From Candidatus Sulfobium sp. (lineage in GTDB: Bacteria > Nitrospirota > Thermodesulfovibrionia > Thermodesulfovibrionales > UBA6898): a DNA stretch of 64,000 nucleotides. Numbering within the stretch: position 1 is the first letter of the stretch; every line of letters starts with the position of its first letter. Below, one piece after another: positions 18,827-29,390 of this stretch. The translations under genes were made by a program, and so were the position numbers. The stretch lies in contig JARRRI010000022.1 in NCBI GenBank assembly GCA_037380845.1, forward strand, positions 73,289 through 137,288, in the 5' to 3' direction. The notes below the pieces were generated by a model. That model saw nothing but the letters and a program-made list of their open reading frames with translations, was not told the origin of the DNA and did no database searches.

Positions 18827-18866
18827 TCACTTAGATGGGTTCTTTAAAATGACATTTATAATATTT

Positions 18867-18893
18867 CACCACGGAGACACAGAGGGCTCAGAG
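18867..18893. repeat. caccacggagacacagag-type short repeat
   Basis: Matches the left arm at 27724. Confidence 0.55.
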
Positions 18894-18932
18894 AATATAA
18901 ATGGAAAAGACAGGCGTGAGCTGACAAGACCG

Positions 18933-20693
18933 ATGCGGCTTTGCCGACTTCTCCTGCTGGCCGTCGTCACGGGGGCGCTTGCCGGACTGGGGGCCGCGGT
19001 GTTCAGGGCCATGGTCGGGCTTTCCCACAACCTCCTTTTTCTGGGCCGCCTGTCGGTAACCTATGATGCCGGACGCCATACCGCGGCCGGACCGTTCGGG
19101 TGGCTCATTATATTCGTTCCGGTTGCAGGCGCGGCGGCGGTGACCTTTCTTGTGAAGAACTTTGCACCGGGCGCGCGGGGCAGCGGTGTGCCGGAAGTTA
19201 TGGATGCGGTCTATTATAACCGCGGTGTCGTGCCGCCCACCACCCCGGTCGTAAAGGCGCTGGCGTCGTCAATCTCGCTGGGAAGCGGGGGGTCCATCGG
19301 CCGTGAGGGTCCGATCATGCAGATAGGAGCGTCGCTGGGCTCTTTCCTCGGCCAGATATTCCCCGTCTCGGTCTGGGAGCGCAATACTCTGATAGCCGCC
19401 GGCGCCGGCGGAGGGATCGCAGCCACCTTCAGCACGCCTATCGGGGGCCTTCTCTTCGCGGTGGAACTCCTTCTCTTCGAGGTAAGCGCCCGCACGGTGA
19501 TACCCGTCGCCATATCCACGGCCACGGGGGCATATGTCGGGAGCGTCCTTCTGGGCGCCAGTCCACCTTTTGTTGTAACCGGCGTCGAATCCTTCACCTT
19601 CCAGGCGATCAGGCCGACGGTGCTCCTTGGGTATGCCGGCCTCGGTGCGTTGACTGGCGTGCTCTCCGCCTTCTTCATAAAAGCCGTATACGGTTTCGAA
19701 GACGTTCTCGGGAAATACACGCCGCAAAATTACTACCTGAGACACATGGCGTCCATGTTTGTCGTGGGTCTGTCGCTCTACCTGCTCATCAGGTTCACCG
19801 GGCATTATTACATAGAGGGGGTGGGCTATGCCACGATACGCGACGTGCTTTCCGGCCTGCTCTCTCGCCCGTATCTGCTCGTTGCCCTCTTCCTCCTTAA
19901 GCTTTTGGCCACCGCGATGACGCTGGGCTCGGGGGCATCAGGGGGCATCTTCTCGCCGTCGCTTTACATGGGGGCGATGGCGGGGGGACTTTACGGCATG
20001 GCCGCGCTTGCACTCTTCCCGGCGGTTTCCCCGGATGTCTCAGCCTTTGCCGTGGCCGGCATGGCGGGAATGGTGGGGGGTTCGACAGGAGCGGCCATGG
20101 CTACGGCTGTGATGATCTTCGAGATGACCCTGGACTACAGCGCTATTGTCCCCATTATCATTACCGTCGCGGTCAGCTACGGTGTCAGAAGGCTGTTTAC
20201 CTTCGAAAGCTTTTACACCATGAAGCTTGCTAGACGGGGGCACGGCGTTCCGGACTCCTTTCAGACGAATATGCTCAGGCTCAGGAAGGCCCGGGAGGTC
20301 ATGGACACAGGTGTTAAGACTATCCCGGCAGAAACAACGCCCGATGAACTGGGGCGCATCGCCTCCGGGGAGCCGCTGATCGCTTATTTCCTCGTCGAGG
20401 ACCGGTCCGGCCGGATCACCGGAGTAATAGAAAAGGTCGCCTCCCCGGTCCTCCTCGAAAAATGCGGTATGGGAATGAGTATGGGTGAACTGGCGCAGAG
20501 AGATTTTGCCTTTGTGGAGGAGGATATCTCAGTATCCGAAGTTATCACAATGCTGCACGGCGGCAAGGTCTCCGTCGCACTGGTGACATCGTCAGGGCTC
20601 AGAGGGACCGGGACGCCGGAGGTCAAGGGAGTGATTACCAACAGGCAACTCGGCGCAGCAGCCCTCGAATCGGCCGCCAGTTTTTCCGAGTAA
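18933..20693 (+). CDS. CLC chloride channel/antiporter with CBS domains
   Basis: GSGVPE, GREGP, GGIFSP; C-terminal CBS-like pair. Confidence 0.9.
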   Translation: MRLCRLLLLAVVTGALAGLGAAVFRAMVGLSHNLLFLGRLSVTYDAGRHTAAGPFGWLIIFVPVAGAAAVTFLVKNFAPGARGSGVPEVMDAVYYNRGVVPPTTPVVKALASSISLGSGGSIGREGPIMQIGASLGSFLGQIFPVSVWERNTLIAAGAGGGIAATFSTPIGGLLFAVELLLFEVSARTVIPVAISTATGAYVGSVLLGASPPFVVTGVESFTFQAIRPTVLLGYAGLGALTGVLSAFFIKAVYGFEDVLGKYTPQNYYLRHMASMFVVGLSLYLLIRFTGHYYIEGVGYATIRDVLSGLLSRPYLLVALFLLKLLATAMTLGSGASGGIFSPSLYMGAMAGGLYGMAALALFPAVSPDVSAFAVAGMAGMVGGSTGAAMATAVMIFEMTLDYSAIVPIIITVAVSYGVRRLFTFESFYTMKLARRGHGVPDSFQTNMLRLRKAREVMDTGVKTIPAETTPDELGRIASGEPLIAYFLVEDRSGRITGVIEKVASPVLLEKCGMGMSMGELAQRDFAFVEEDISVSEVITMLHGGKVSVALVTSSGLRGTGTPEVKGVITNRQLGAAALESAASFSE

Positions 20694-20767
20694 GGCGCGG
20701 GGGGCGCTCAGGAAACATAATGAAGGTTCACCGCAGAAAGCTACCTCCAGATTGCAGTCCTTTTTCC

Positions 20768-20844
20768 GTCATGCCCGAAGTTCTTAATCGGGCATCCAAT
20801 CTCTCTGAAAACCCGGATTCCCACCTGATAACCGCGGGAATGAC
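20768..20844. repeat. GTCATYCCCG-family REP-like element
   Basis: gtcatgcccg...cgggcatcca...cggattccc...cgggaatgac. Confidence 0.8.
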
Positions 20845-21096
20845 GGATCTGAAAACCGGGTTTTTTGCAACATTATGGCTTATTTCGCCTCTGCTTCCCG
20901 TAACTACTTTGACTATATAAGTTGACCTATGTGAGGAATGCGATCATGGTTGCATGTAGGCGGCATGACACCGAGGGCCGTTTCAAAGATCAGGAGGAAA
21001 GCAGGTAGTCACTAATTCATCTACGTCCCTCTCAGCCTATCCACAATTTTGTTAATTATGAGAAGCGGCACATATGCCGTACCGACCAAAATCTCT

Positions 21097-21125
21097 TTGA
21101 GAGTTAAATTGTCATTGGCTATAAT
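21097..21125 (+). promoter_or_regulatory. Sigma70-type promoter of the efflux operon
   Basis: TTGAGA-17 nt-TATAAT. Confidence 0.6.
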
Positions 21126-21138
21126 TGTATAAACACGG

Positions 21139-22515
21139 ATGCGCGATTCTGACAAAGTGAAAGATATCTCAATGTCTGCACTGAAGGACTACCTCGCCCT
21201 TGTGTTGATTTTTCTTATTGGGTCAGGTCCACCCGCCATTACCTATGGCAAGGACCTGCTTGCGGTTTACCGGCAAGCGGCATCGACCAATCCCATTTTG
21301 GGGAAAGCGCGGTCCCAGCTTCAGGCAGAGAAGGCTTCCGGATCCGCGACGCGTGCAGCACTTTATCCTAAAGTGAATGCAGGCGCCGGTGTAAGCCATT
21401 ACCACACAGACATGAGGGGTTTCCCCGGGCTTACTGTGGATGAGGGTTATACAGCGACCAACTACAGCGTTACACTCATACAGCCTGTTGTCAACGGTCA
21501 GGACTGGGTTTCCGTAAGGGCTTCGGAATCCAGGATCAGTGCGGCGGAAAGCGCGGTGGCTGCTGCCGAACAGGACATCATCCTTCGGGTTTCTGAAGCA
21601 TACTTTGGCGTCTTGCGGGCCAGGGCGGATGAGCGTGTCGCCGCCGGACAGAGGGATTTACTGAAAAAGATACTTGATCAGGCCGAGGCTTTTCTCAAAG
21701 TCGGCGCGGGTGACATCGTTTCCGTCCGGGAGTCGAAGGCGCGCTTTGACGAAGCCGATTCAGACCTGATCAACGCCAAGAACGCGGTACGAATAGCCGA
21801 ACAGGCCCTCGTGCGTCTCACTCATAGCCCGGTCGGGGAACTCGATGATCTCGGAAATATCAGACCTCGGGGACCCGTTCCCGATGAAATCTCACCCTGG
21901 ATAAAGACGGCATTCGAAAGCCAGCCTTTGCTTTTGCAGGCCCAAAAACAGTTGCAGGTCTCAATGGATCAGGTCGAGATCGCCCGCCGTGCTCGCTGGC
22001 CCCGTCTCGATCTTGATGCCGGCTATGGTTACGCGAAGGGGCAGCTCCTTCCCGAGATAAAGCGCACCGACATCTGGGCAGGACTGACCTTTGTCCTTCC
22101 TATTTATGAAGGTGGAAGGATCAGCGCCGGGATCAGAGAGGCGGAGGCACTTGCGTCGGCGAACCGTTACGGGATGGAAGATCTTCGGGACCAGATACGG
22201 TTTGACACGGAACGCAGTTTTCTGACACTTAAGGACAGCGTGGCCCAGCTAAGAGCGGCGACGCAGGCTGCGGAATCAGCCCGCATCTCAATGGAAGCAA
22301 CAATGAAGGGTTACGAAGTGGGAACGCGCTCCATCACCGATCTTCTTGACAGCGTCCAAAACTATACAAAAATGAGGCGCAATAAAATCATTGCTCTTTA
22401 CAATCACATCCTGGCCAGGATAATGCTGAAGAAAGCTGTGGGAGTTTTAAATATCAAGGATGTTGAAGATGTCAACAGTCTGCTGACAGTTCGGCCAAAC
22501 GGAGCGCGAAGATAA
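21139..22515 (+). CDS. TolC-family outer membrane efflux protein
   Basis: Signal peptide, DLLAVYRQA..NP, LPIYEGG, GYEVGTRSITDLLD; true start may be a few codons downstream. Confidence 0.9.
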   Translation: MRDSDKVKDISMSALKDYLALVLIFLIGSGPPAITYGKDLLAVYRQAASTNPILGKARSQLQAEKASGSATRAALYPKVNAGAGVSHYHTDMRGFPGLTVDEGYTATNYSVTLIQPVVNGQDWVSVRASESRISAAESAVAAAEQDIILRVSEAYFGVLRARADERVAAGQRDLLKKILDQAEAFLKVGAGDIVSVRESKARFDEADSDLINAKNAVRIAEQALVRLTHSPVGELDDLGNIRPRGPVPDEISPWIKTAFESQPLLLQAQKQLQVSMDQVEIARRARWPRLDLDAGYGYAKGQLLPEIKRTDIWAGLTFVLPIYEGGRISAGIREAEALASANRYGMEDLRDQIRFDTERSFLTLKDSVAQLRAATQAAESARISMEATMKGYEVGTRSITDLLDSVQNYTKMRRNKIIALYNHILARIMLKKAVGVLNIKDVEDVNSLLTVRPNGARR

Positions 22516-22533
22516 GGGGAAGGGGGGAGAGGG

Positions 22534-23571
22534 ATGAAGAAAAAGAAGATTGCGGTTTTCATAATACTTGTCCTTATTGTTTGCGGTGTCGGTGTGGCTG
22601 TCTACCTGTCGGTCCACCATAAGGCAACGGAAACTCTGCGACTTTACGGCAATATAGACATTCGACAGGTAGAGCTTGCCTTTCATGCGACGGGCAGGGT
22701 CAGCCGGCTTTTGCTGCAGGAAGGCGATCCCGTAAAGCCTGGAGAGCTTGTGGCCGAACTCGACCCCATCCGCTATGAGGCTTCGGCCGGACAGGCTGCC
22801 GGCGAGCTGGCGAACCAGAGACAGATACTTGCACGTCTTCTGGCGGGAAGCCGTCCCGAAGAAATCGAGCAGGCGCGGGCGCGAGTTAAGGCTGCCGAGG
22901 CGGCACTTAAGGACGCCCAAGCGACTTATCACAGAACGGAGGCCCTCGTTCGCGACCAGTACATGTCGCAGCAGAAGCTTGACAATGACGAGAAGGCTTT
23001 TAAAAGCGCTGCTGCCAACCTTGACGAAGCACGCCAGGAGCTGAAACTTGCCGTCGAGGGGCCCAGAAAAGAGGACATAGCAGCTGCTAGGGCGAAAGTC
23101 AGGGCAGATGAGGCGGCGTTACGTCTGGCCGAAAGACAACTGCAGGATACGAAGCTCTACACCCCCTCTGCGGGAGTAATACAGAACCGCATTCTCGAAC
23201 CTGGCAACATGGCGTTTCCGGAGACTCCGGTTTATACACTTGCGCTTACCAATCCGGTTTGGGTCCGGGCATATGTCTCCGAGCCCGACTTGGGAAAGAT
23301 CAGACTGGGAATGTCTGCTCAGGTCACGACAGACAGTTATCACGGCAAAGTCTATGAGGGATGGGTGGGCTTCATATCTCCTACTGCCGAGTTTACTCCC
23401 AAATCGGTCGAAACCACGGAAGAAAGAACGAAGCTTGTATATCAGGTAAGGATATACGTCTGCAACCCGCAGAACGAGCTCCGGTTGGGCATGCCCGCGA
23501 CCGCTGTTGTTCCCCTCAATCAACCCCATACCGGTACAACTTCCGAAGAAGACCGCTGCAAGGGCCAATAA
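22534..23571 (+). CDS. HlyD-family membrane fusion protein (YbhG-like)
   Basis: LYGNIDIRQVELAF, ISPTAEFTPKSVET, LRLGMPAT. Confidence 0.9.
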   Translation: MKKKKIAVFIILVLIVCGVGVAVYLSVHHKATETLRLYGNIDIRQVELAFHATGRVSRLLLQEGDPVKPGELVAELDPIRYEASAGQAAGELANQRQILARLLAGSRPEEIEQARARVKAAEAALKDAQATYHRTEALVRDQYMSQQKLDNDEKAFKSAAANLDEARQELKLAVEGPRKEDIAAARAKVRADEAALRLAERQLQDTKLYTPSAGVIQNRILEPGNMAFPETPVYTLALTNPVWVRAYVSEPDLGKIRLGMSAQVTTDSYHGKVYEGWVGFISPTAEFTPKSVETTEERTKLVYQVRIYVCNPQNELRLGMPATAVVPLNQPHTGTTSEEDRCKGQ

Positions 23572-25406
23572 TGCCGTCTCCATCATCGACCGGCCGACTT
23601 CTTTCAGGCAAAGAAAACGTAGTTGTTGCCAGGGATATAAGCAAGAGCTTCCGGCCGGCGGGCCGTCTCATTGAGGCATTAAAGATGGTAAGCATCGAGA
23701 TGGCCCCCGGTGTCGTCACGGGCCTCGTCGGACCCGACGGTGCCGGAAAGACCACTCTCATGAGGATCCTGACCGGAATGGTCGTCCCCGATTCAGGGCA
23801 GGCGACTGTCCTTGGAATGGACGCGACCCGTGAGTCTCTGAAGGTACAGGCTTCCATAGGTTACATGCCACAGAGGTTCGGCCTTTATGAAGACCTCACT
23901 GTAGAAGAAAACATGGAACTCTATGCTGACCTTCAAGGGGTGCCGAAGAAAACAAGAGCGGGGCGATACCGGGATTTGATGCATATGACCGGTCTGGGCC
24001 CGTTCACATCCCGTCTGGCGCGTCGCCTTTCAGGAGGCATGAAACAGAAGCTCGGCCTGGCCTGCACTCTCGTACGTCCGCCGCAGCTCCTGCTCCTTGA
24101 CGAACCTACCGTTGGCGTTGACCCGGTCTCCCGAAGGGAACTCTGGGCGATAGTAGATAGCCTAGTAAAAGAGGAGGGAATGACGGTCCTTCTGAGCACC
24201 GCCTATCTCGATGAGGCGGAACGCTGTGGAGAGGTTGTAATACTACACGAGGGGGAAGTCCTCGGCTCAGGCCTTCCGGATAACTTCCGGAGGCAGGTGA
24301 AGGACCGCACCTTCGAGGTGAGGGCAAAAGGGATGAAAAAAAGGGAAGTGCAGGAGAGGCTTTCGGGAGTCCCAGATGTCATTGACGCCATCATTCAGGG
24401 TGACCACGTACGTCTCGTGACCGGCACCGCCGGGACTCCGGATCCCGGCACAATGCTTCCCGGCACAGAGGATGTCTCGATTCAGCCCGTTGCGCCCCGC
24501 TTCGAGGACAGTTTCATCGCGATGCTCAGGAAGCGCCTGGCTGAAGAAGGCATAAAAGCCTCATCACCCTCCCCTTCATCCCCCCTTCCCAGGGGAGGGG
24601 AAACAGTGAAACCTTCTCCCCATGCGGGAGGAGGTGAGGGAGAAAGGGCTTCAATAATTGAGGTGCACGATGTAAAGCGCCGTTTCGGAGATTTTTATGC
24701 CGTCAAGGGCATTACCTTCGATGTGAAAAGGGGAGAGGTCTTCGGATTGCTTGGTGCAAACGGGGCCGGGAAGTCAACGACATTCAGGATGCTCTGCGGC
24801 CTTCTTCCTGCCAGTGGCGGAAGTCTGCTGGTAGACGGCACGGACCTGAGGCATTCGGCCGCGCCGGCCCGCGCAAGGATCGGCTACATGTCCCAGAAGT
24901 TCTCTCTTTACGGGAACCTCAGCGTGCATCAGAACCTGGATTTCTTCAGCAGCGCCTACGGACTGACAGGCCAACGGCGGGCGGAAAGGATGTCCCTGGT
25001 CATTGATCAGTTCGAACTCTCGGGTTTTGACGACATGAAGAGTCTGGACCTTTCGCTAGGCCACAAGCAGAGGCTGGCAATGGCCTGCGCCCTCATGCAC
25101 GAGCCCGCCATTCTCTTCCTGGACGAGCCGACATCGGGCGTCGATCCGCTTGCAAGGCGTGAATTCTGGCACCGCATCAATGATCTTGCCGGTAAGGGTG
25201 TCACAGTCCTGGTGACAACGCACTTCATGGAAGAAGCCGAGTATTGCGACCGTCTGGCAATCATGTCAGCAGGCAGAATTCTGGCGCTTGGTGAGCCTGA
25301 AGAAATCAAGGCCCGTGCCGTCACCGCCGAAAACCCTCAGCCCTCGATGGAGGATGCCTTCATAAGTCTGATCGTGGCGGACGAACAGGGGGAAGCCGGA
25401 CCATGA
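23571..25406 (+). CDS. Double-ATPase ABC transporter subunit (YbhF-like)
   Basis: GPDGAGKT/LSGGMKQ/LLLDEPT and GANGAGKS/LSLGHKQ/LFLDEPT; ATG overlaps the upstream stop. Confidence 0.92.
   Translation: MPSPSSTGRLLSGKENVVVARDISKSFRPAGRLIEALKMVSIEMAPGVVTGLVGPDGAGKTTLMRILTGMVVPDSGQATVLGMDATRESLKVQASIGYMPQRFGLYEDLTVEENMELYADLQGVPKKTRAGRYRDLMHMTGLGPFTSRLARRLSGGMKQKLGLACTLVRPPQLLLLDEPTVGVDPVSRRELWAIVDSLVKEEGMTVLLSTAYLDEAERCGEVVILHEGEVLGSGLPDNFRRQVKDRTFEVRAKGMKKREVQERLSGVPDVIDAIIQGDHVRLVTGTAGTPDPGTMLPGTEDVSIQPVAPRFEDSFIAMLRKRLAEEGIKASSPSPSSPLPRGGETVKPSPHAGGGEGERASIIEVHDVKRRFGDFYAVKGITFDVKRGEVFGLLGANGAGKSTTFRMLCGLLPASGGSLLVDGTDLRHSAAPARARIGYMSQKFSLYGNLSVHQNLDFFSSAYGLTGQRRAERMSLVIDQFELSGFDDMKSLDLSLGHKQRLAMACALMHEPAILFLDEPTSGVDPLARREFWHRINDLAGKGVTVLVTTHFMEEAEYCDRLAIMSAGRILALGEPEEIKARAVTAENPQPSMEDAFISLIVADEQGEAGP
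24564..24648. repeat. CCCTCTCCC/GGGAGAGGG-like palindromic doublet inserted in-frame in the ABC ATPase linker
   Basis: tcaccctccccttcatccccccttcccaggggagggg ... ccttctccccatgcgggaggaggtgagggagaaaggg. Confidence 0.7.
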
Positions 25407-26545
25407 AGAAAGATGAGTCATTACGGGGAGGCGCTTCAATGAGGATGCGCGGCTTGGTGCGCAAGGAGTTTTTGCAGGTGATGCGCGACCCAAGCAGCAT
25501 CGCCATAGCCTTCCTGCTGCCTGTAATTCTCCTGCTTCTCTTCGGCTACGGGGTGTCTCTCGATGCCGAGCATGTCCCTGTCGCGCTGGTCGTTGAACAC
25601 CCCGATGCCGACACCGCAGGTTTCACGGGTGTATTCCGGCGGTCCCGTTATTTCAGTCCAATTGACTTCTCCGGCATGAGGGCTGCTGAATATGCCATGA
25701 GAAGGGGTCTGGTCGAAGGCATCATCCATCTCAGATCGGATTTCAGCCGTCAGGTCAGGCAGGCCGGCGGTGCGCCCGTCCAGATCATAGTCAACGGCAT
25801 CGACGCCAACAACGCAAGGCTTATCTCGGGCTACGTGGAAGGCGCATGGTCGATGTGGCGCAGACACATGTCAGAGTCCCGCGGAATCTCTCTTGATATT
25901 CCGGTGCAGGTGGAACAGCGTATCTGGTTTAACAGCGAGCTCCGGAGCCGGGACTTCCTCGTGCCCGGCCTCATAGCGGTAATCATGACCCTCATCGGCG
26001 GGCTTCTTACGGCCTTGGTCATGGCCCGGGAGTGGGAGCGGGGAACCATGGAGGCCCTCATGGTCACTCCCGTCAGCATGAAAGAGATCCTGCTGGGTAA
26101 GCTTATCCCTTATTTTGTCCTGGGGATGGGAGGCATGGCCCTCTCGGTGGTCATGGCGGTATGGCAGTTCGGCGTGCCTCTGAGGGGATCCCTGCCGGTC
26201 CTCTTCATCGCCTCATCACTTTTTCTCCTCGTTGCGCTGGGCATGGGCCTTCTTATCTCCACCTTGGCTAAGAATCAGTTTGTCGCGGGGCAGGTTGCAA
26301 TCATTGTGACCTTTCTCCCCGCCTTTATCCTCTCGGGCTTCATCTTCGACATCAACAGCATGCCGCTTCCGATCCGGGTATTTACGCATGTCATCGCGGC
26401 CCGCTATTTCGTCTCGATCCTCCAGACGGTATTTCTTGCCGGTAACATATGGCAGGTGCTCCTTCCAAACGCATTCGCCCTCATCATTATGGCGGGAATC
26501 TTCTTCGGGATAATCAAGCGGAAATCCCGCAAGAGGCTCGAATAG
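25403..26545 (+). CDS. ABC-2 permease (YbhS-like)
   Basis: KEFLQVMRDPSS, WFNSELRS, AREWERGTME. Confidence 0.9.
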   Translation: MKKDESLRGGASMRMRGLVRKEFLQVMRDPSSIAIAFLLPVILLLLFGYGVSLDAEHVPVALVVEHPDADTAGFTGVFRRSRYFSPIDFSGMRAAEYAMRRGLVEGIIHLRSDFSRQVRQAGGAPVQIIVNGIDANNARLISGYVEGAWSMWRRHMSESRGISLDIPVQVEQRIWFNSELRSRDFLVPGLIAVIMTLIGGLLTALVMAREWERGTMEALMVTPVSMKEILLGKLIPYFVLGMGGMALSVVMAVWQFGVPLRGSLPVLFIASSLFLLVALGMGLLISTLAKNQFVAGQVAIIVTFLPAFILSGFIFDINSMPLPIRVFTHVIAARYFVSILQTVFLAGNIWQVLLPNAFALIIMAGIFFGIIKRKSRKRLE

Positions 26546-26553
26546 GGGAAAGC

Positions 26554-27663
26554 GTGGGAAAAAGAATATTCGCCCTCATGATCAAGGAATTCCTGAGCCT
26601 CCTCAAGGATAAGAAGAGCCGTGTCGTGGTGGTAGTTCCGCCCCTCGTCCAGTTGATCGTCTTCGGATATGCGGCAACATTCGACCTTACGCATGTCCCC
26701 TATGCGGTTTACAACGAAGACAGAGGGGCCGCGGGGCGGGACATTCTGGCAGGCTTCGGGGGTTCAAAAAATTTCAGCCGTTCGGCCGTCATAACCCATG
26801 AAGAGGAGATAAGACCTCTCATAGACAATAAGAAGGTGCTTCTGGTTCTCCATCTGGGTCCCACCTTCAGTCGTGACCTTCTCAGCGGAAGGACCGCTTC
26901 CCTTCAGGTGATTATCGACGGCAGAAATTCAAACACCGCCATGCTCGCACTCAGCTATATAAACAGCATCGTCCGGAGGTTCAACGAGCAATGGGCGGCA
27001 GAGCACGGACGGCGCGGCCCCCCTGCAATGCTGGTAACACGTGCATGGTTCAATCCGAACCTCGAGAGCCGCTGGTTTATCGTTCCGGGCATAGTGGGTC
27101 TCCTTACCCTTGTCGTAACCATGCTGGTAACGGCCCTCTCCGTCGCACGGGAGCGAGAGCAGGGCACCTTCGATCAGTTGCTGGTAACTCCCTTAAGACC
27201 AGTGGAGATCCTCATAGGCAAGGCCCTTCCGGGTCTCATCATAGGGATTTTCGAGGCGACGGTTATCATACTGATGGCCGTCTTTTGGTTCAGGGTGCCT
27301 CTTCTGGGAAGTTTGATAACCCTTTATACCGGCGTGGCACTCTTCCTTCTTTCAGCAATAGGGGTCGGTCTGATGATCTCGTCCCTCGCCGTAACCCAGC
27401 AGCAGGGCTTGCTGGGGGCGTTTCTGTTTCTCGTCCCTGCCATAATACTGTCAGGCTTCACCACTCCTATCGCCAACATGCCTCAGGTGATACAGTACAT
27501 CACGCTCCTCAATCCAATGCGTTACTTCATGGTCGTACTTCGCGGGGTGTTCCTGGAGGGAGCTCCATTTCATCTCCTGATCGGCCAGCTCTGGCCGATG
27601 GCCGTGATAGGTGTAGTGAGCCTGGCCGCCGCCGGCTGGCTCTTCCGGCATCGTATGTATTAG
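26554..27663 (+). CDS. ABC-2 permease (YbhR-like)
   Basis: RIFALMIKEF, WFNPNLES, AREREQGTFDQL; GTG start. Confidence 0.9.
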   Translation: MGKRIFALMIKEFLSLLKDKKSRVVVVVPPLVQLIVFGYAATFDLTHVPYAVYNEDRGAAGRDILAGFGGSKNFSRSAVITHEEEIRPLIDNKKVLLVLHLGPTFSRDLLSGRTASLQVIIDGRNSNTAMLALSYINSIVRRFNEQWAAEHGRRGPPAMLVTRAWFNPNLESRWFIVPGIVGLLTLVVTMLVTALSVAREREQGTFDQLLVTPLRPVEILIGKALPGLIIGIFEATVIILMAVFWFRVPLLGSLITLYTGVALFLLSAIGVGLMISSLAVTQQQGLLGAFLFLVPAIILSGFTTPIANMPQVIQYITLLNPMRYFMVVLRGVFLEGAPFHLLIGQLWPMAVIGVVSLAAAGWLFRHRMY

Positions 27664-27723
27664 TACCGTGGGAAGGTATAAATATTAACGCTGCGTAAAT
27701 CTTTTACAAAAAGACGAGAAAAA

Positions 27724-27816
27724 TCACCACGGAGACACGGAGACGCTGAGAAAAGACTATTTTCCTGTTTGTCTCTTATCTGTCTTTGGATTTTCTCTGT
27801 GCCTCCGTGTCTCTGG
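27724..27816. repeat. Inverted pair of caccacggagacacggag / ctctgtgcctccgtgtctctgg short repeats
   Basis: Arms are imperfect reverse complements forming a long hairpin after the efflux operon. Confidence 0.65.
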
Positions 27817-27946
27817 AGTAAAATTCTTTATTGTTTGTGGCTTACCGTTCCGGCTCCAGCACCACGCAGATGAATATCCGGGCCGATAAATGATATCTTA
27901 AGAATATCTTCTCTTCGGAAGTCATCCTCCGTAACCGGAGTATCTT

Positions 27947-29185
27947 ATGCGACAGTCTCTTGAAAGAATCGGTGCGAACAAGGTTGTCCTCGCCCTGTCG
28001 GCGGCGAGGATGGGCGATGCCGTAGGAAACAGCATCCTTTTTGTAATCATTCCCCTTTATGTCGCCAAGCTGCCGGCCCCCTGGTTCCCTCTCCCGGAAA
28101 CGGTGCGCGCAGGCCTTCTGATATCCCTCTACGGTCTCGTAAACGCCCTGCTTCAGCCCTTTGCGGGCGCCATGGTCGACAGATTCAACAGGCGGAAGGT
28201 CTTTATCCAGGGCGGACTCTGCCTGATGGGAGCCAGCACCTTCGCCTATGTCTTTGCCGGCAAGTTCACGGATATCCTCGTGCTCAGGATACTCCAGGGG
28301 ATGGGCCTGGCCCTCACGGTGACCGCCTCCATTGCCATTATGGCCATCTCCACGGACAGGAAAACACGGGGAGGATCGATGGGGGTCTTCAGCACCTCGC
28401 GCATGATGGGCCTGTCGGCCGGCCCGCTTCTGGGGGGATACCTTTACGATAATTTCGGCTTCAACGCGGCCTTCTATGCCGGCACCTTCTTCGTTGCCCT
28501 GGCGGTCGTACTGGTACAGCTGTGGATCAGGGAAGGGCGGGTGCCGGTCCACGCGGCTGTTGAGAGACCGGCATTCAAGGTGATCGACCGCGAATTGCTG
28601 TCCCCGGGAATCATCGGCGCGGGTCTCGCCATATTCATAATGGCAGCCGCCTTCTCAATGATAACGCCCCTCGAAAAACAGTTCAACATCCGCCTTCACG
28701 AGTCTGCCTTCAGTTTCGGGCTCGCCTTCAGCGCCGTCATGTTCAGCAGGCTTTTGTTTCAGATTCCGCTGGGACGGCTGTCCGACCATTTCGGCCGGAA
28801 GCCCCTGATTATCGCTGGACTGATCCTCATGGCCCCGGTAACCGGACTCCTGGGAGAGGCAGCGACCACTCTGCAGCTCATAGCCCTGCGAGCCGTGCAG
28901 GGCATCGGGTCCGCAGGCATTGCCGCACCGGCCATGGCCCTCGCCGCAGACCTGTCAAAGGCCGGGGGAGAAGGACGTCAGATGAGCATCACCACCATGG
29001 GGTTCGGCCTTGGCATTTCTGTGGGCCCCCTGCTGGCCGGGGTGCTGGCTGTCTTTTCCTGGAGACTGCCCTTTTTCATCGTGGGCCTCATGCTCCTGGC
29101 CGGTGTATGGATCGTCCATCGTTACGTTCCCGAAACGATCGTCCGCCACGCGGGTCCGCAAGAGCCCCCGGCAAAGAATTCATAG
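27947..29185 (+). CDS. MFS transporter
   Basis: GAMVDRFNRR and GRLSDHFGRK motif A; about 12 hydrophobic segments. Confidence 0.9.
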   Translation: MRQSLERIGANKVVLALSAARMGDAVGNSILFVIIPLYVAKLPAPWFPLPETVRAGLLISLYGLVNALLQPFAGAMVDRFNRRKVFIQGGLCLMGASTFAYVFAGKFTDILVLRILQGMGLALTVTASIAIMAISTDRKTRGGSMGVFSTSRMMGLSAGPLLGGYLYDNFGFNAAFYAGTFFVALAVVLVQLWIREGRVPVHAAVERPAFKVIDRELLSPGIIGAGLAIFIMAAAFSMITPLEKQFNIRLHESAFSFGLAFSAVMFSRLLFQIPLGRLSDHFGRKPLIIAGLILMAPVTGLLGEAATTLQLIALRAVQGIGSAGIAAPAMALAADLSKAGGEGRQMSITTMGFGLGISVGPLLAGVLAVFSWRLPFFIVGLMLLAGVWIVHRYVPETIVRHAGPQEPPAKNS

Positions 29186-29390
29186 CTTTCTGCGTCCGCT
29201 TCGATTGGCGTTATCGCGTTCCGGTCTTTATTGATGTCACCTGGCGATTTGATTGTCACGGACAGAAAAACGTGCCCGCTGGACATCGGAACATGGTGTG
29301 ATATAATTGAACCAGTTGTGGTTTTCGGTCGGGTATTTTCGTGTTGTGGCGGTATGGATTCGGGCAACGCCGCATGATACCGGGGTAAAA

